Part shown: one piece after another, positions 37,858-54,499 of the stretch
Numbering within the stretch: position 1 is the first letter of the stretch
How the letters are laid out: every line of letters starts with the position of its first letter
Source: the human T2T-CHM13v2.0 reference genome, Homo sapiens
Assembly (NCBI RefSeq): GCF_009914755.1
Contig: NC_060937.1
Length of the DNA: 64,000 nt
Strand: one strand, 5' to 3'
The notes under the pieces: generated by a model
The model's input: only the letters and a program-made list of their open reading frames with translations
Told to the model about the DNA's origin: nothing
Databases searched by the model: none
Made by a program: the position numbers and the translations under genes

Positions 37858-38490
37858 GTTAAAATTGTGCAGGTGCTATGGAAAAAAAAAAGTATAATGG
37901 TTCCTCTAAAAATTAAAAATAGAATTATGACACAAGCCAGCAATTCTGCTTCTGGGAATATACCCCAAAGAATTGAAAGCTGAGACTCAAACGGATACTT
38001 GCACACCCATGTTCATAGCAGCATTATTCACAATAGCCAAAATGTGGATGCAGCCCAAGTGCCTATCAATGGATGAAGAAAATGTGATGTATACATTCCA
38101 TGGAACATTATTCAGTTTTAAAAATGAAGGAAATTCTGACACATACTGCAACATGGAGGAACCCTGAGGACATTATGCTAAACAAAAGAAGCCAGCCACA
38201 AAAGCACAAATACTGTACGATTCTGCTTATATGAGGTGCCTGAGTTGTCAAAGTTATGGAGACAGAAATTAGAATAATGGTTGCCAGGAATTGTGGGGAG
38301 AGGGAATGAGGAGCTATTGTTTAATGAGTATGAAATTCAATTTTGGTAGATGAAAAGAGTTCTGTGGATGGGTGGTGGGGTGGTTGCATAACAATATTGT
38401 TGCACAATAATAATGCCACTGAACCACACTTCAGTATGGTTAAGATAGTACATTTATTTTTACGTGTATTTTACTATAATTTTTTAAACT
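37858..38490 (+). mobile_element. L1MB-class 3' end
   Basis: ccccaaagaattgaaagc...cacccatgttcatagcagcattattcacaatagcc...aatgccactgaa. Confidence 0.85.
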
Positions 38491-40865
38491 GACGTTTTAA
38501 AAAATTCAGTCCTATGTATTCACTTTTCAAAGGAGGACACAGAATTAGAGTGGTCCAAATGACAAGCCCGAGGTCAGAGCCATAGAGGTCTGTGTAAAAC
38601 CTATGTGCCAAGCCCTCTGTTCTTACTACCACATTCTGTGGGTGGCTAGGTCATTTGATTGAAACTATTGCTGTCTCAGACAACAGTATACTGTAATCCA
38701 ATACTCTAAATTGGCTTCATCAACAAGATGATTATTATGAATGAATTGTGTCTTATATCTTTTAATGTTTACCTTTAAACATTACGTCTTACCACAACTC
38801 AAATTCTTTCTCTACATAATAGTAATTTGCAGGAAAAAAAAATACTAACCAATAAAGATCCTAGTCCCTATGTAAAGAGAATAATATATATCTTTAAAGC
38901 AACTTGCATTAGAAAGTGATGTCACTATTTTAGATTGTATATTAAACTTCAAATTTAGGACCTTGAGGTTGTCTTTTAACAACCCTAAATCAAAGACTTA
39001 TATGAGGGTAAAATTCAACTTCTATTTAAAATTGTTCTCTTGCCCAGATTCAGAAATGCACTCTCTTCCTTAAAATGAGAAGCAAATAGAACAAGATTCT
39101 AGCATTTAAATTTATAGCTACTTGAGCGGCACAGGTGTCACCTGTGTGATGTGCTGCAATTGTTCCTTTAAAGCAGGAAATGGGGTTTATCGTCATGACA
39201 ATCAAGAAACTCAAAACTTCTCTAACTAGGAAGCACTGACATCTTAAAGCCTCCTGCGCCAAAAAGCCCCGTGGAACTCTGCATAGAAAGCAGAGTTAGT
39301 ATTACAGCATTCTCCAAAGAGCCATTAATTGTTCAGTTGGGGGTTAGCCGGGGTAAAATATTAGAAATTATCTTGGTTCTTATTCAGAGTTTTATTTAGA
39401 AAGGAACACATAGTTGATGACAACGTGGACCACTCTATTTCCTGATTGGAGCCTCTGTCCAATCAGTTGAACATCGTCATATTCAACTTCAGATGATCAT
39501 GCTCCAGATAGTATTCCAACCATGACTGACCTTATCATTCCTAGCCATGTATGGTCTTGTCTGACTTTTTTATAACTTTGGCCACAATATGATATGTTTG
39601 ATATAATAGCAGTATTCTCATGAGATGAATTGTCTTGATTTTTGAAAAATTGTTAACTTATTTTCTACTGCCTTCAAAATGAATTGCTCAGTTAAGATGT
39701 ACTGATTAAATAAAGCAATCTGTGTGATCTATACTCTGTTGGCAATGAATTCAAATATTGTGATGGCTTCCAGATTCCTATAATATTTATTTGGTGAGAA
39801 GGATGACATTATGGTATAGTGGGGCGAGAGAGTACTAGAAGTTTGAGCCCTGGATTTTAGTTCTGAAAGCAACTCACTTAGCTGGAAAAGTACTTTCATT
39901 TCCAGGCATTTTTTAGTCTGTCTAGAAAAAGCAGAGTCAGACAGATCACTTCATAAGGCCAAATCTAGATGAAAGGGATCTTAATTATGAAAATTTAGAA
40001 GGGCAAAGCTTTGTTTCTTCGAAAAAATAAGTATGATATTGTTGTGCCAATGTAAGCCACCTGCTATGCTTCCATGTGAACATTACTTCATGATCTTTAA
40101 ATGTTCTTAAAATAGAACTGTCCTTGTGGACATTTCTTTGAAAAAAAGGACTCTTCTGGGGCAGATGGAAAACTGTTGAGAAAGAGATTGGTTAGTTTGT
40201 TCTTCCTTAGATTCAATCCCAGTATAATTTGGGAGATGCTGTTAGGACCTTCTAGAGGTGGTTGAAGAGTCAGGCAGCTAATAGATCTAAACAGGAGGCA
40301 CAGCTAAGAGATGGGGTTGCCAGTCTGCTCAGGAAGAGTTATAGTGTGAAGTGTGTTGACCCATGGAAGCAGGGCGAGGTGGAAATTGGAGACTAAAGGA
40401 AGTGTTAGAAGAGGAGTATAAAAAAGCCAAAGAATAGAGAAAGCCATCATTGAGAAATGGAGCTCTTTGCTTCTGCTGGTGCAAGTGCCCCTGCGTGAAC
40501 TATCCTTCTTACCCCACCTCTCTGATTTGAATCTTATAATTTACTTCAGGTTTAATAAAGTACTCTATGAGTATATTTTCCAAGAAATACATTTTTTCTA
40601 ACTTGAATACTTGCTGTACTTGTAGTTTGTACCATACAATATAACATTTATTCATTTTTAAACTGCTTAATAACTTTAAAAATGACAATAGTTTTATAAA
40701 CTTGAGTCTTGTCCATTCAACAAGATTGTCTGCATCTCAAGAGAGAGCAGTTTTTAGTCACCTCTTTGGATACTACGCAGCACGTTAAATAGGTACAAAA
40801 TAAGCAATAACAATTGCCTATAGTTACTAGGTAATTATTACTAGAACTATAAAGCTGATTCCTCA

Positions 40866-41320
<455 letters not shown>

Positions 41321-41635
41321 AAACTAAGCTGAAAAGATTGAATCAGGCAGTTAGGAAATCACTGGTGACATAAAAACCATTTCAGTGGTGGTAGGGGCCA
41401 AAGCTTGTTTGTGCAATGGGTTGAACAGTAAAATAGGAAGTTACAAATTGCTGGAAATGATGGAAAGAAAGAAATAATGATGTAGCTTAAAGGGTGACAT
41501 ACTTAAAAGAAGGGGTTTTAAATTTATTCCTTCTTTAGGATAGAGGAAACCTAAGGTTTAGTGTAGAGTGAGGGAAATAAAAAAGTCAGTGGAAAGATTG
41601 AAGAGAGATGATTGAAGGACAATGGACATAAAATA

Positions 41636-41722
41636 CTGGTCTCGAACTCCTGACCTCCAGCGATCTGCCCGCCTTGGCTTCCCAAAGTGCTGGGATCACA
41701 GGGGTGAACCACCATGCCTGGC
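41636..41722 (-). mobile_element. Alu 5' fragment (part of left arm)
   Basis: ctggtctcgaactcctgacct...cccaaagtgctgggat...accatgcctggct; no right arm or tail. Confidence 0.85.
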
Positions 41723-41789
41723 TAAGTACTGATATTTTTAACAGTCACTAGGTTATCATAATATGCAGCTGAAGGTGAAAAAGATTAGA

Positions 41790-42180
41790 ATGAATTTTGA
41801 TTCTCAAACTTGATGGCACATTGTAAATACTTCAAAATTTTTAAATAATAATGATACCAAATGTGAATGCATCTCAAAAGCATTATGTTTAGCAAAAGAA
41901 GTCAGCAGCAAAGGAAACCACTTCCATGATTCCATCCTGATTCCATTAAAATCAGGCAAAAAGTAATCTAAGAGGTTAAATACTAGAATAGTAGTTACTT
42001 TTTGGAGGAGAGGGAGGTTGACCAGAAAGGGCAAGAGGAAACATTCTAGGTTGATATAAGTGTCCTATATCTTGATTACAGCATTGGTTACTCAGATGAA
42101 TACAAGTGTCAAAACTCGTTGAACTATATGCTTAGTATCTGTGCGTTTACTGTATGTAATTATACCTTGATTAAAAAATA
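41790..42180 (+). mobile_element. L1M 3'UTR fragment
   Basis: atctcaaaagcattatg...caaaactcgttgaact...gtatgtaattatacct. Confidence 0.65.
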
Positions 42181-43239
42181 ACTCCAAAAAACATTTGACT
42201 CAATTAGTATGAGAAGTGGGTTGTGTATTGGGATATCTATGAGCCTCCCAGGTTGTTGTAACATAAAGGAACCACTTTATGGTTTGAGAACCACCGAGCT
42301 CAGTCATCTGCTGACATTGAGATGAGGTTAAAGAAGGAACCACGAGAAAACTGATAAAGACTCGAAATTAGAAAGTGGGGTTGAATAGGTACAAACTGGT
42401 TTCTCAGGATGTGATTACAGATTATCTGCATCGGAGAACCTTATGTAGCTTGAAAAAAATATGAAATATTGGGACCCACACCAGATCTACTGATACATAT
42501 TCTGGGAGGGGAACCCAGGGATTTGCATAAAAATACATTTCCCCCAGGTGATTCTCACACTCTAAAGTTAGGGCACTTAACTGAATAGAGATCAGCTGAG
42601 GATGAGAACTAAGCATTTCAATGAAGAGAATTCAATGGAAGGCAATTTGAGAGCAGGTGAGGGTAGCTCTAACTTGGAGCACAGACAGTATTTGGAAAAC
42701 CAGTGACAACCAGGACAGGCGGAGCTGAGGAGATGATGTACAGCTATAATGTGAAAACACAAGAAGATTGAGAAATCAAAGGAAAGAAAAGGGATAATGC
42801 AGTGAGGAAGCAGTCTGGAGTCTGCGGGTTACTCCATGGCTCAGTCATCTTCTTGGGATGTACTTTTGGGCAGTGGCCAGTAGTGCTTCCGAGAGATAAT
42901 TACTCTGAAACGAACCAAAAACAAATGGCAGGATTAACAAATTTCACAAGAATCATCAGCAAAATGTTTCACTTCAAAAAGAAATACAGCATACATTTGA
43001 GATACACCTTCAACAAATGTAGGTGTTTGTAAGAAGGAATTTCAGGAAAAGGAGTCCGTTTATGCAAAAATACAGTGGCTGAGAACAGAAGAAAGTACTT
43101 AGGTAATAGCATGAGGCCCAATTTTCCTGAAATACTGTTTTTTTTTTAAGTAAATCTAGGAGAGCAAGAAGGATGGCTAAGTCCTAAAAAGTAAAATGGG
43201 AGCATATTGTGGAGAAACTATACTCTCTCTAAACCTAAA

Positions 43240-43540
43240 AAAAATAAGTGTCCTGAATCCTCCAGCTTGCAAGGCAATGATATCCGCCAGCTTGCAAGGC
43301 AATGATATTTGCCAGCTTGCAAGGCAATGATATTTGCCAACTTGCGGGAGCTTAGAAGCAGATCCCTCCGCATTGAGCCTCTGATGAGAAACCAGCCCTG
43401 GACAATAGCTTGATTGCAGTCTGGTGAGCCCCTGAGTAGAGGACCAAGTGAGCTGTGCTCGGACTCCTAACCCTGGACTCGCAGAAACTGTAAGATTATA
43501 AATATGTATTCTTTGAAGCCACGAAGTTTGTGATAATTGT
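43240..43540 (+). mobile_element. MLT1 (E/F-like) LTR fragment
   Basis: gagcttagaagcagatcc...gagcctctgatgaga...cagaaactgtaagat...aagccacgaagtttg. Confidence 0.65.
43262..43345 (+). repeat. 25-bp minisatellite, about 3.4 copies
   Basis: Units ccagcttgcaaggcaatgatat(cc/tt)g start at 43262, 43287 and 43312, with a partial unit at 43337. Confidence 0.95.
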
Positions 43541-46500
43541 GATCAAATTGCACAGGCCGTGTAATTTGATACCACTGGAAGTGTTTTAAGTAGGGAAGTG
43601 TGATAAAAGCTGTCCACCTTCTTGTCCACTAGTTTTTCTGTTGGGCAGTATTTAATTCAAATATTTTATCAGCAAGGTTCTACTAAGAAAAAAAATTCTA
43701 GAAAACTCTCTGAAGAAAGAAACCTAATTGTTGTTATTACCTTAAAGATTAATCTTTCACATGTTTGATAGTATTTATATGTTGGGTTATATTAATTATA
43801 TATTATTTTTTGGTTATTTGTTCAGGTTTTCAACTTCTGGGGTTTACTTACGTGGTTAAAGTTTCATTTCCTTTTTTTTTATTTTGGACCTTTGAAATTA
43901 TAAAAAGAGCTTTGGATGGGAATCGCATAGTTCCTTAAACTATCTTCCGGTTTTTTGAAAGATAAATAGATTCAAGGGCCAGTGCCAAGTCCGTTGCCAG
44001 CATAAGGAAGCTTTGCTATACCAGCATATCACATAAACGCTCTTTCTCTTCAACTCTAAGATCATGAAGAAACTCCGTTCCACCCATGCACATATTCAGA
44101 CTCCCACCATAGTAAAATGATCCCCACATTCTCTCCATTGCCAAGATACCCATAATGCGGCTTGTGATTTTTTGAGCCCCATGTGGCATTACTGACAACC
44201 AGCATAGGATGGTTAAGGTGGACTGGAATGGTAGAAAATTGTTCCAGCACTGCCGTCAACTCCTGTAGTCCTACCTTGCTCTATCACTGTGTGAACACGA
44301 CATTAATCACACACTCTGACAAAAGTTCAGAACTTCACATTCTTCAGTGCTGAAATGATGATTGTCTGTATTTTCCATAGCAGCCGATGCCAGTTTCATT
44401 AACTTCACCTAATACTTAAAAGATAATTTGTTGACAGAGATTCTTTTCCTACTTCTATTAGAATTTCTCCTCTTTCATTAGATTCTTTAGAGAATATTAA
44501 GTCAGCATAAGCTGCTGAAATTTGTTCCCATGCCCTGCTAATATCTTATGTCACCTTTCCCTTTCAGCAACCATGATTGAGCACTATCATCTTATTTTCT
44601 TTGTCATGCTTCTGCTTTTGAATTAAAACACCTGAGAAATACACGTAATAGGCTCTGGGATGTCTTTATTATAGCATTTTCAGGTTCTTCCTTTTGACCT
44701 TTTCTATTGCTTTCATGATTAATTTTTTTCCAGGGCTCTGTTGACACAACAGGCCACTGTACTAACCTATTGACTTTTGAAAAATCACAGTTGAAATCTG
44801 ATTTGAGTAAGAAACCCAAAATAGTTTTCAACTAGCCTGGGTTTTACGAACAATGAACCAGACAAGTTTATCTCTGTGATGGACAGGGTCTGGATGTGGA
44901 GGAGTTGGTGTGAATAAGAGGAGGTTGAAATGGAATGTGGTGCAGCTAAGATGTAAAGATAGCATCCTTTGAATCTTACAGTAGCTCGTCTTAGTCATCA
45001 CTTTTAGAAAAAAATAAAATAATAAGTTATTTAGTTTTAGTAGCTATTTATTCCTTTCTTTGAATTTTCATAGACAATCCTCAGGGTCTAGTCTTTTCTG
45101 CTTTGCACACTGATATATGATTGTTAGTTAAAATTATTAAGCTGTTCATTATTACTTCCTTCCTAATTATAGCAGATTGATATTTCATTAAGTTGAAAAA
45201 AAATTTAATCCTCTTTAATTGTAAATCCTGCCTTAATCCAAATTGTGGGTTTAACTGTGTCCAAACCTTTGTTAAATTCTTACAATTATCTGTCTAGTGA
45301 TAATTGGAAAGACAACGTATGCTTCATTTGGTTGATCTAGGTTTTCAGAGAGAGTGACTCATTCATCTCTACTCTGTCTTCAAAGGTGGTTTATTCCTAG
45401 CCTTTGCAAACCTCCCTAACCCTCTTCTCTATGTCAAAGGAGACTGATCACTCATCCTGTGGTTTCAGAAGTCCTTTGAAACTTTACATCTGAGCTGTTT
45501 TATTTTACGTTTAACTAAAGGCAAATAAGGTCATTATGATCTCAGAGTTATATTCTTTGAAGAAATACATCCATATTTTGTTATTTTATTACATATTTAT
45601 TTGAAAAGAAAATATTCTCACTCTGTTCTTTCATGACTTCTTTACATTAACCTGAAATTTTTTCATCTCTGTGGTTGTAACCCAGTGATTTCCATTTGGG
45701 TGGATAGCAGTGAGTTTGAGAATGTGTAAAGACAGTGTAGAGATGGAAGTGCTGGAAGACTTTCCTCCTGAAAACCAACCTTCCAGGCCAATTATGATAA
45801 AAGAACAGCTCAAGGGAAGTCTTGTTTTTTAAATCATGTTCTGTACCCAGTGGCTTTGGGCTTCAGTCACTTTCCTGTTGGGAGAGCTGAGCCCCAGGAC
45901 AGTGTTCTCTCTGGTCATTATTACCTGGAGTGTGCACTTAACACAGTTCTTTCCACCATAGTCCTATGCACTTATTTAGACCTTGAGCAGGGCCAGCTAT
46001 ATAATTCACAGGTCTTAGTGTTGAAAATTTGAGGATCTTAGTTTAAAAAGCAGGAGAAAACTTCCTTTACAGGTGTTAAAATAAAGCTTTTCTTTTTTTT
46101 CCAGTCTTTCTCTTGACCTGCCATGGTGGGGTTTTTTATTTGGTAGGTAATATCATTCTAAGTTAAAGAAAAATTAAAATTTTAAAGTATTTGCATGAAA
46201 TTTACTGTTGATATAGCGCAATGCCAGTTTTAAATGCAAGTACAAGAGTATTTAACTAGTATGAAGCATCTTCAGAATGATGCAAGTTGACTTTCAAAGC
46301 TCACATATGTATGTGTATTCCGTTTTTACCAGGATAATGGAAACACTCACTTTTTCATACACACATACTCTAACAATGCTGTCTCTCTCTTTGGCTTACT
46401 GATGAGTCAGAAAGACTGAAAGGAAGATGAACTATGGATTGCCCTATCCTTCCCTAATTCTGCGTCATTGTCAGTATAAGCCATTGGTTTATTCAGGGAA

Positions 46501-47564
46501 GTAACACAAGACAAGAGGGGACAGAGTTTTTGCACATTAATGTTTCTTAGGATGCCCTTACCTTCTTTCTGCATGTTAGGCAAGTGTTGGTTCAGACAGA
46601 AAGCAGGACCTATGGAGACTGTCAATGCCCCTTTTACCCAGATGTAGACCTAACACACTCACCCAGCACTTGCTTTAAGTATCGCTGAACTCTATGGCCT
46701 TGTGGGTCCACCAGAATTATCTGCTCACTGGGCATCGTGAATGCTATTTGTAAACAGGGCTGCAAGGAATGATGGTGAACATGCATATTACACATAACTC
46801 CTCTGTGACTCACATGCTCCATTGTCCTGTCACATTTCACTTACAAAACACAAGCTCGAAGATAACATGCTTAGGAATTTCAAGACGGCCACAACAGAAC
46901 ATCAAACCAAATGAGGGACCCTGTTAAGCGTGGGACGCTGGGATACTGCTCGGGTAGCACGCCCAGGAAGTCAGACCTGGCCTTGAGTTAGGAAGTCATT
47001 TGTTTGACTGTCTTCAGGTGCAACCCTGGAAAAGTTAGCAAAGTTAAGAACATTTTCAGAAGTATCAATTAAAAGGAAGCATTTAAGTCCCTATTTCTTA
47101 TGTTTATAGCTGACAAGAGACATCAAATATTGGTTTATTTTGATTGAAGTCATCCAGATGGCTTCTGTTATCTCCGGTTCCCCGTTGGATGCCACAGACT
47201 GATTCTGTAAGTTATGAATGAGCTGGATGGTTGCCATCTTCTGTTGCAGTTTTTTCTCTGATTGACTGCATGCACACAAGCATCTCAACTCCTTTAGTCT
47301 TAGGTGGCACAGCCATCATCCTTTCTTCATTCTGGGTCATTCTAGCTCAGAGCCCTGAGTGATGATATATTTTGGACATTGCATTTGTACATGTGTAATT
47401 TCTTAGACACTTTCATCCCAGGTGGGCTCTGTGTACACTGGATGGCTCTCCATCCACAGGGGGACAAATTATAAATAATTATGTCTTAAGAGACAAAAGG
47501 GGAATTGAGAAGATCTTTGCAAATTTACCCAAAAGGAGCCATGTGGTCATTCCACAGCATTGTG

Positions 47565-47596
47565 TACACACACACACACACATACACACACACACA
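47565..47596 (+). repeat. (CA)n microsatellite
   Basis: Read directly from the sequence. Confidence 0.9.
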
Positions 47597-49559
47597 TGGT
47601 TGGGGGGTGCAGGAAAAAGAGAGGGAGAAAAAAATGAGTAAAAAATAACAGTTTCCCTCCCTGAGGGCTTTGAAATAGCAAATTATCTATTTGCAACTGA
47701 CATTTTTTTAAGCTGGCTGTGTGTACAATTCAAGCTTTCATTTTATTATATTACTGGAAACCAGGGGTATACTAGGACTTTGCAAATAATCTGTTCTCAG
47801 ACATAACAGGCCAGTTGACAACCACTCCTTACTTCTTTCACTTTCTTCAAATAATGATCTTGCTGCATATCAGTAGAAATAATCATGGGTAATGTGTACA
47901 TGTTTCTCTAGTGAGCTGCATTCCTGCCACATGAGTCTTTTTGTGTACTATGGAGAGCTTAGGAAACAAGCTCTTACCCCTCAGCCATTTTCCTGGGAGC
48001 AAGGAATGAAAATTAGACAGGTCTGTGGCATTCAGGAGCATAGTGTGCTGTGTTCCAAGGTTGGAGTAGTAGTGTTCATCCCTCCTCTCCTTGCCCTTGT
48101 GGACTGACCCCAGCCACACATGTGTGCAAGGATAAACAAAGGCCAGTCTAGGCTTGCCTCTACTGTTGCTGTCAGTCTCTCTCTCTCTGTTAGTGACCTA
48201 TGCTCCACATGTAGCCAGATACCAAAGACGTGGTGCCTACAGCTCAGCAAGCCCAGTGGGAAGGGCTGAGTCTAGAGCACTGTAGAAGGGCACCATATCC
48301 TCAGTGTGTCTCAGATCCTCCTTGGGGAACTTCCCCAGGCACTCAGCATTCTCCATGACTAGTGTTCCCATCAATCAACCAAAATGGCCACAGATATTAA
48401 CAGGGAGCCTACTAAAGATATGCTGATGACATGGGCAGGGCAGCCATTGGGTTTGTAATAACCATCATATTTCAGAATTTAGCTCTGGGTATTTCTAACT
48501 GCATGGCCTCAAGCAAGTTATTAAATTCTGAAGGTTTCTATTTTCTCATTAAAAATAACTTCCTATCTACCTCCTGGTTTTGTGGGAATATTGGAAAAAT
48601 TTTAAAACTGCACATATAATAATATACCATAAAAGAAACTGTTAAGTTTCTTTTTCTTGTAATGCTAGGTATCACTATTAAGTGCCTAGCACCATGCCAG
48701 GCAGGGTGGAATAAAAATATCTAAGATTTCACACCTATCTAAAATAAGTTCACTGTCTAGTTGGGAGGAAAGGCTTGATGCATGATAAAATATGCTATTT
48801 TATGTCTACCTATTGGGTGTTATTAATGCCAAATAACACCTCGTTCTATGAAGTTCCCTCTATCATTATTCCCATTTTACACATGAGATCATGAGACAGA
48901 TTGAATAACTGCCCAAGGTCCAATAGCTGTGGCAGATCCAAAATATGAAACTCAAGAAATCTAACTCCAGGGCCCAAACTCCACCTTGATCCCATGCTTT
49001 TTTCTTTTGTGGTACTAAATGAATGCGACAGACAACAATTAAGTGGACTTAGTTATGGAGGAAATCAATATGGTAATCCTCTCAAAGATCCTACCTGAGT
49101 ATCTCTCCCTCAGAGCCCTATTTTTAGTTATATGATAAGCCATAGTAATGGCCTCAACATAAAAACTAAGCCTTCTTAATGTGGCTCCCCTTTGAAAGTC
49201 CTCAAAATCCGTCAGCCTATTCACAACGTAGAGCTCTTTTTGAAGGCCTTTATGGAACACTGAAGACTAGAGACTGACACCTTTCATCTTCCAAGAAATC
49301 TCAAAGCATGTCCTAGAGATGCCAACACCTCTGCTCACACATAGGGCTGGTTTTGCCAATAAACACCATATTTACTGGTATATCGTATAGAAATATATTT
49401 CATCAGGCCTCCTTACTCAAAAGTACTGGTCCATTGCATAGTTCCTGTGAAGCAGTATTGATTCCATGCTACATTGGTATGGAATAGAATTTAATAGCAT
49501 TTCTCACTCTTGGTGGCAGGGGGATCAGAAGCATATGTTAGATGATAAGGGGCATTTTT

Positions 49560-50211
<652 letters not shown>

Positions 50212-51019
50212 TGAAACACTGAAGCCAGATCTTCAAGGATTTCGGAGAGTGATGCTGAAATGCCATAGACCTCCTCTTGAAAATGGGGGATTTTTCTGTG
50301 AATGCCTTTTTAAAAGAGTTTTTCATGAATTTTCAATTAATGCTTAAATATTGAAGACTAGTCTATTCAATCTTTCCAGCACACTTTATTGGACACTAAA
50401 CTTGCATAGTTCTCCCTGTGCTCAGGTGACTACTTCGTAGACATTTACTATTTCCTCACCTCCCAAGGACATTCACCTAGGTAGGGTGGTTCCTCAAAAC
50501 CAGATATCACAATGGGGTGACTCAAAGTCAGACAACTTCCCAGCACTTTCTTGAGCGAATTTCTAAGAGATATACAGCAAGTGGACATTTGACGTCAGCC
50601 AGGTATTTGGCCAAAGAGCACCTGGAGGTCAGCAGAAGTCAGATACCTTTGGGTATGCAACAAGTTTTGGACTTTTGTGCTCTGAAAGAACAAGTTTGAA
50701 TTAAGACAGGCCCTTTCAGGATCCAATAAGGAACCACAGGCCAGTCTCAGGATGACCTGAACACAAATGTTTCAGGAAGTTCTAAACACAGTGAGATTTA
50801 GAAGGACCATCTCACATGAATTATTGTTCAGGGTTTGTCTTCTCCACTAGACTGTAAGTTCACTTCTTGTTCACTATCTTGTTCACTTCTGTTTTTCCAG
50901 TGCTGACTACACAATTTGGTGCATGGTAACCATAAACCAAGGTAGGGTAGTTATTTCAGGGAGTGGGCGTCTTTGGAGGCCAGGCCTGGTGAAGCATTAA
51001 CAGACCTGAACGTTTTTAT

Positions 51020-51345
51020 GCAACACGATGGCATTGGAGATGATTATCTTAAGTGAAATAACTCTGAATCATAAAGTCAAATACTACATCTTCTCACTAA
51101 CAAGTGGGAGCTAAATAAAGTATACACATAGACATAGAGTGTGGAATAATGGACATTGGAGACTCAGAAGGGAGAGAGGATGGGAGGAGGGTGAGGGATG
51201 ACAAATTACTTAATGAGTATAATGTACATTATTCTAGTGATAGTTACACTAAAAGTCCAGACTTCACCAATATGCAATATATCCTTGTAAAAAAACTGAA
51301 CTTTTACCCCTTAAGCTCATGCAAAATAAAAAATTTTAAAAAATT
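51020..51345 (+). mobile_element. L1PB-class 3' end
   Basis: taatggacattggagactcagaaggg...cactaaaagtccagacttcacc. Confidence 0.82.
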
Positions 51346-52355
51346 ATTTTAAGTTTTCACGTTGCCCTTTCCTTGAGGCCAACTCTGGTGACTCCTGAGT
51401 ATGACATGCTTAAGGGAAGTAGAGAAGAGTCTGCATTTCTGTAGTCTCCTTAAATATTTCCCAGAGCAAACTTACTCCAGCTGTCTCCTAGAATGAGTCC
51501 CAATTTGTATTCAGGTTTTTTTTTCTTTAATTTCAAAGCTAAGCTTGTTAACCAAAATGGAAGAGATTTAAATAGATTCACCAGTGACCCTTAGCTTTGT
51601 GGGAAATGTGCCTGTGTGTCCAGATAGCAATAAAAATTTCCAACCCCAGGCAAGTTAGAGGCGGTAGAAGGCGCTCCCTTACAGAACTAAAGCAGCCCAG
51701 TGTTTTGGTATTGCCATTGTTGATGTTTGTTATATAACATTCTTTATTTTTAATTGGCTCTTCTGTTTTCCTCCTCAAATCAATTTGTTAGTAGGGATGC
51801 TGAAAGGATTAAGGATTTCTGTTAATTTAGATTTTGTGGGAGAGTTATCCCAAATGTAGAGTCTTTCGGCTGGATGGATTTATAGGGGTTACAATGGTTT
51901 CCTCTCCCATCTCGAGATGCAGAGGCTTTAAATCATCATGAGAATTGAAATTTTATCACACTATTCTTTCCTCCAAAGCAGGGTAAATTCCCTCAGTGAA
52001 TCAGAAAACTTCTCCTTTGGTTTCAATACATGTTGGAAATATTAAGCATATGAAGACACATCTTATTAAATCCTTTTTTGCAGGTACAAAACCACAACTA
52101 TGTGCACCTTCTCAGTTATTCTCACAACACCCCTATGAGGAACCATAATATTGTTCACCCTCTTACATGTAGGGAAACTGAGCATCAAAGAAGTTTTTCA
52201 ACTTAACCAAGGCCAAACAGATTGTACCAGCTATTATCTCATTTTCCCTGAGCTCCACACTCACCCTTCTTTTTCATAGTTTGTGAAGTGGGCTCCACAA
52301 AATTCATTTCTCCTCTGCCGGCCAACAAGAGCCCAGGAGGGAGGCAGCAAGACTT

Positions 52356-52833
52356 GCATTTCTGTCCTAGGGCTGCTGTTACAAAGTACCACAGGCTGTG
52401 GCTTAAACAGCAGAAACTTATTCTCTTACTATTTTGGAAGATAGAAGTGTGAAATCAGGGTATCTGGAGGGCCATATTTCTAAGGCTGGAGAGGAGAATC
52501 CCTTTTACAATTCCTTCCTCTTGCTTCTGGGATTGCCGGCAGTCTTTGGCTTATAGATGTGTCTCTCCGGTCCCTGGAGCCATCTTCCCTCGGGTTGTCT
52601 GTGTCTTCCCATGGCATTCTCTTTGTGTGTGTCTGATTTTGTATCTCTTCTCCTCTTTTATAAGGACACCAGTCATATTGGATTAAGGGCCCACACTACT
52701 CCAGTATAACCTTATCTTAACTTAGGTCTTAATTACATCTGCAAAAACCCTATGTCCAAATAAGCTCATATTCACAGCTACCTGTGGTTAGGACTTCAAT
52801 ATATCTTTTGGGGAGACATCATTTAACACACCA
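52356..52833 (-). mobile_element. MLT1B/C-like LTR
   Basis: ctagggctgctgttacaaagtaccaca...taaggacaccagtcatattggattaagggccca. Confidence 0.8.
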
Positions 52834-53779
52834 GGACTGTCCTTTCTCTCTGCTTTTGTTTTCCTTCTGAGATCTACTCACAGGGCAAGTGGTGGTCCCA
52901 GCAGAGTTCACTGCAGTGGCTGAGGCTGTCAGGGTCTCAGAGCAGGTAGGCACATGGGAGTCCTTCTCCCAGGACGGGTGTTCCTCCAGCTGCTACTCCT
53001 TCAGCCCAGAGGCCCCGAGTCTCAGCCCTGCAGGGTCCTCAAGATCTCCGCGTTCCTCCCTAGTTCACATCTCCCTCAGTCTTCACATCACTAGCTGCTG
53101 TCTACACCTGCTACTCCTGTTAAACCTTAAAGTTCTCTTTTGTCCTTTCTGCTAGCTAATCGTATTTTATCGGGTCAACAATTCTTTCCATTAAATTTTC
53201 TCCATTAAGATATTTAGTGTCTAGCACAATTTCAAGAGAATGGGAGGATACAATTTTTTGGCATTTTTTGCTAATATTTGGAAAGTGTTTACTCTTATGG
53301 TTTATAATTAAATATATACTTGTTATATTAAAAATGTTTCTTTCCTATTGTGAATCTCTGTTTAAAAGGAATTTTCATTATCTATTGTCTGCCTATAATC
53401 ATTTTTGCATTTCTGTTACATTTCTTTGTGGTGCATTTAAAAAAGTTATTTTAATTGAAATTTAAAATTAGAAAACAGCAAAAACCCTAGACCATGGCAC
53501 ACAGGTGGTGGATCAGGAATTTACACTTAAGGCAGTGTGGTGTCGTGAACTGTGTCTCCTGAACTGTGTCACAGGAGAAAGCACTGGAACTTTTAACAGA
53601 TTTTTTTTCTATGCTATGGTAAAATAGCATGGAGAAAAGTCATCCCTTCTTGCTGGTTTCCTGGGAAAAGGCAAATAAATCTGAGAAGCTTCTAAAATAC
53701 TGTTGAGGTTTCTAGGCGTATCCAAGTGACGCAGAGCACCACTACTCTCCTGCTTGTACTAATCACCAGTGCCACCCAC

Positions 53780-54487
<708 letters not shown>

Positions 54488-54499
54488 AAGCTCACGTAT

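Noticed and set aside
43262-43345. CRISPR-like array
   Set aside because: Head-to-tail units with no spacers, in eukaryotic DNA; this is a minisatellite.
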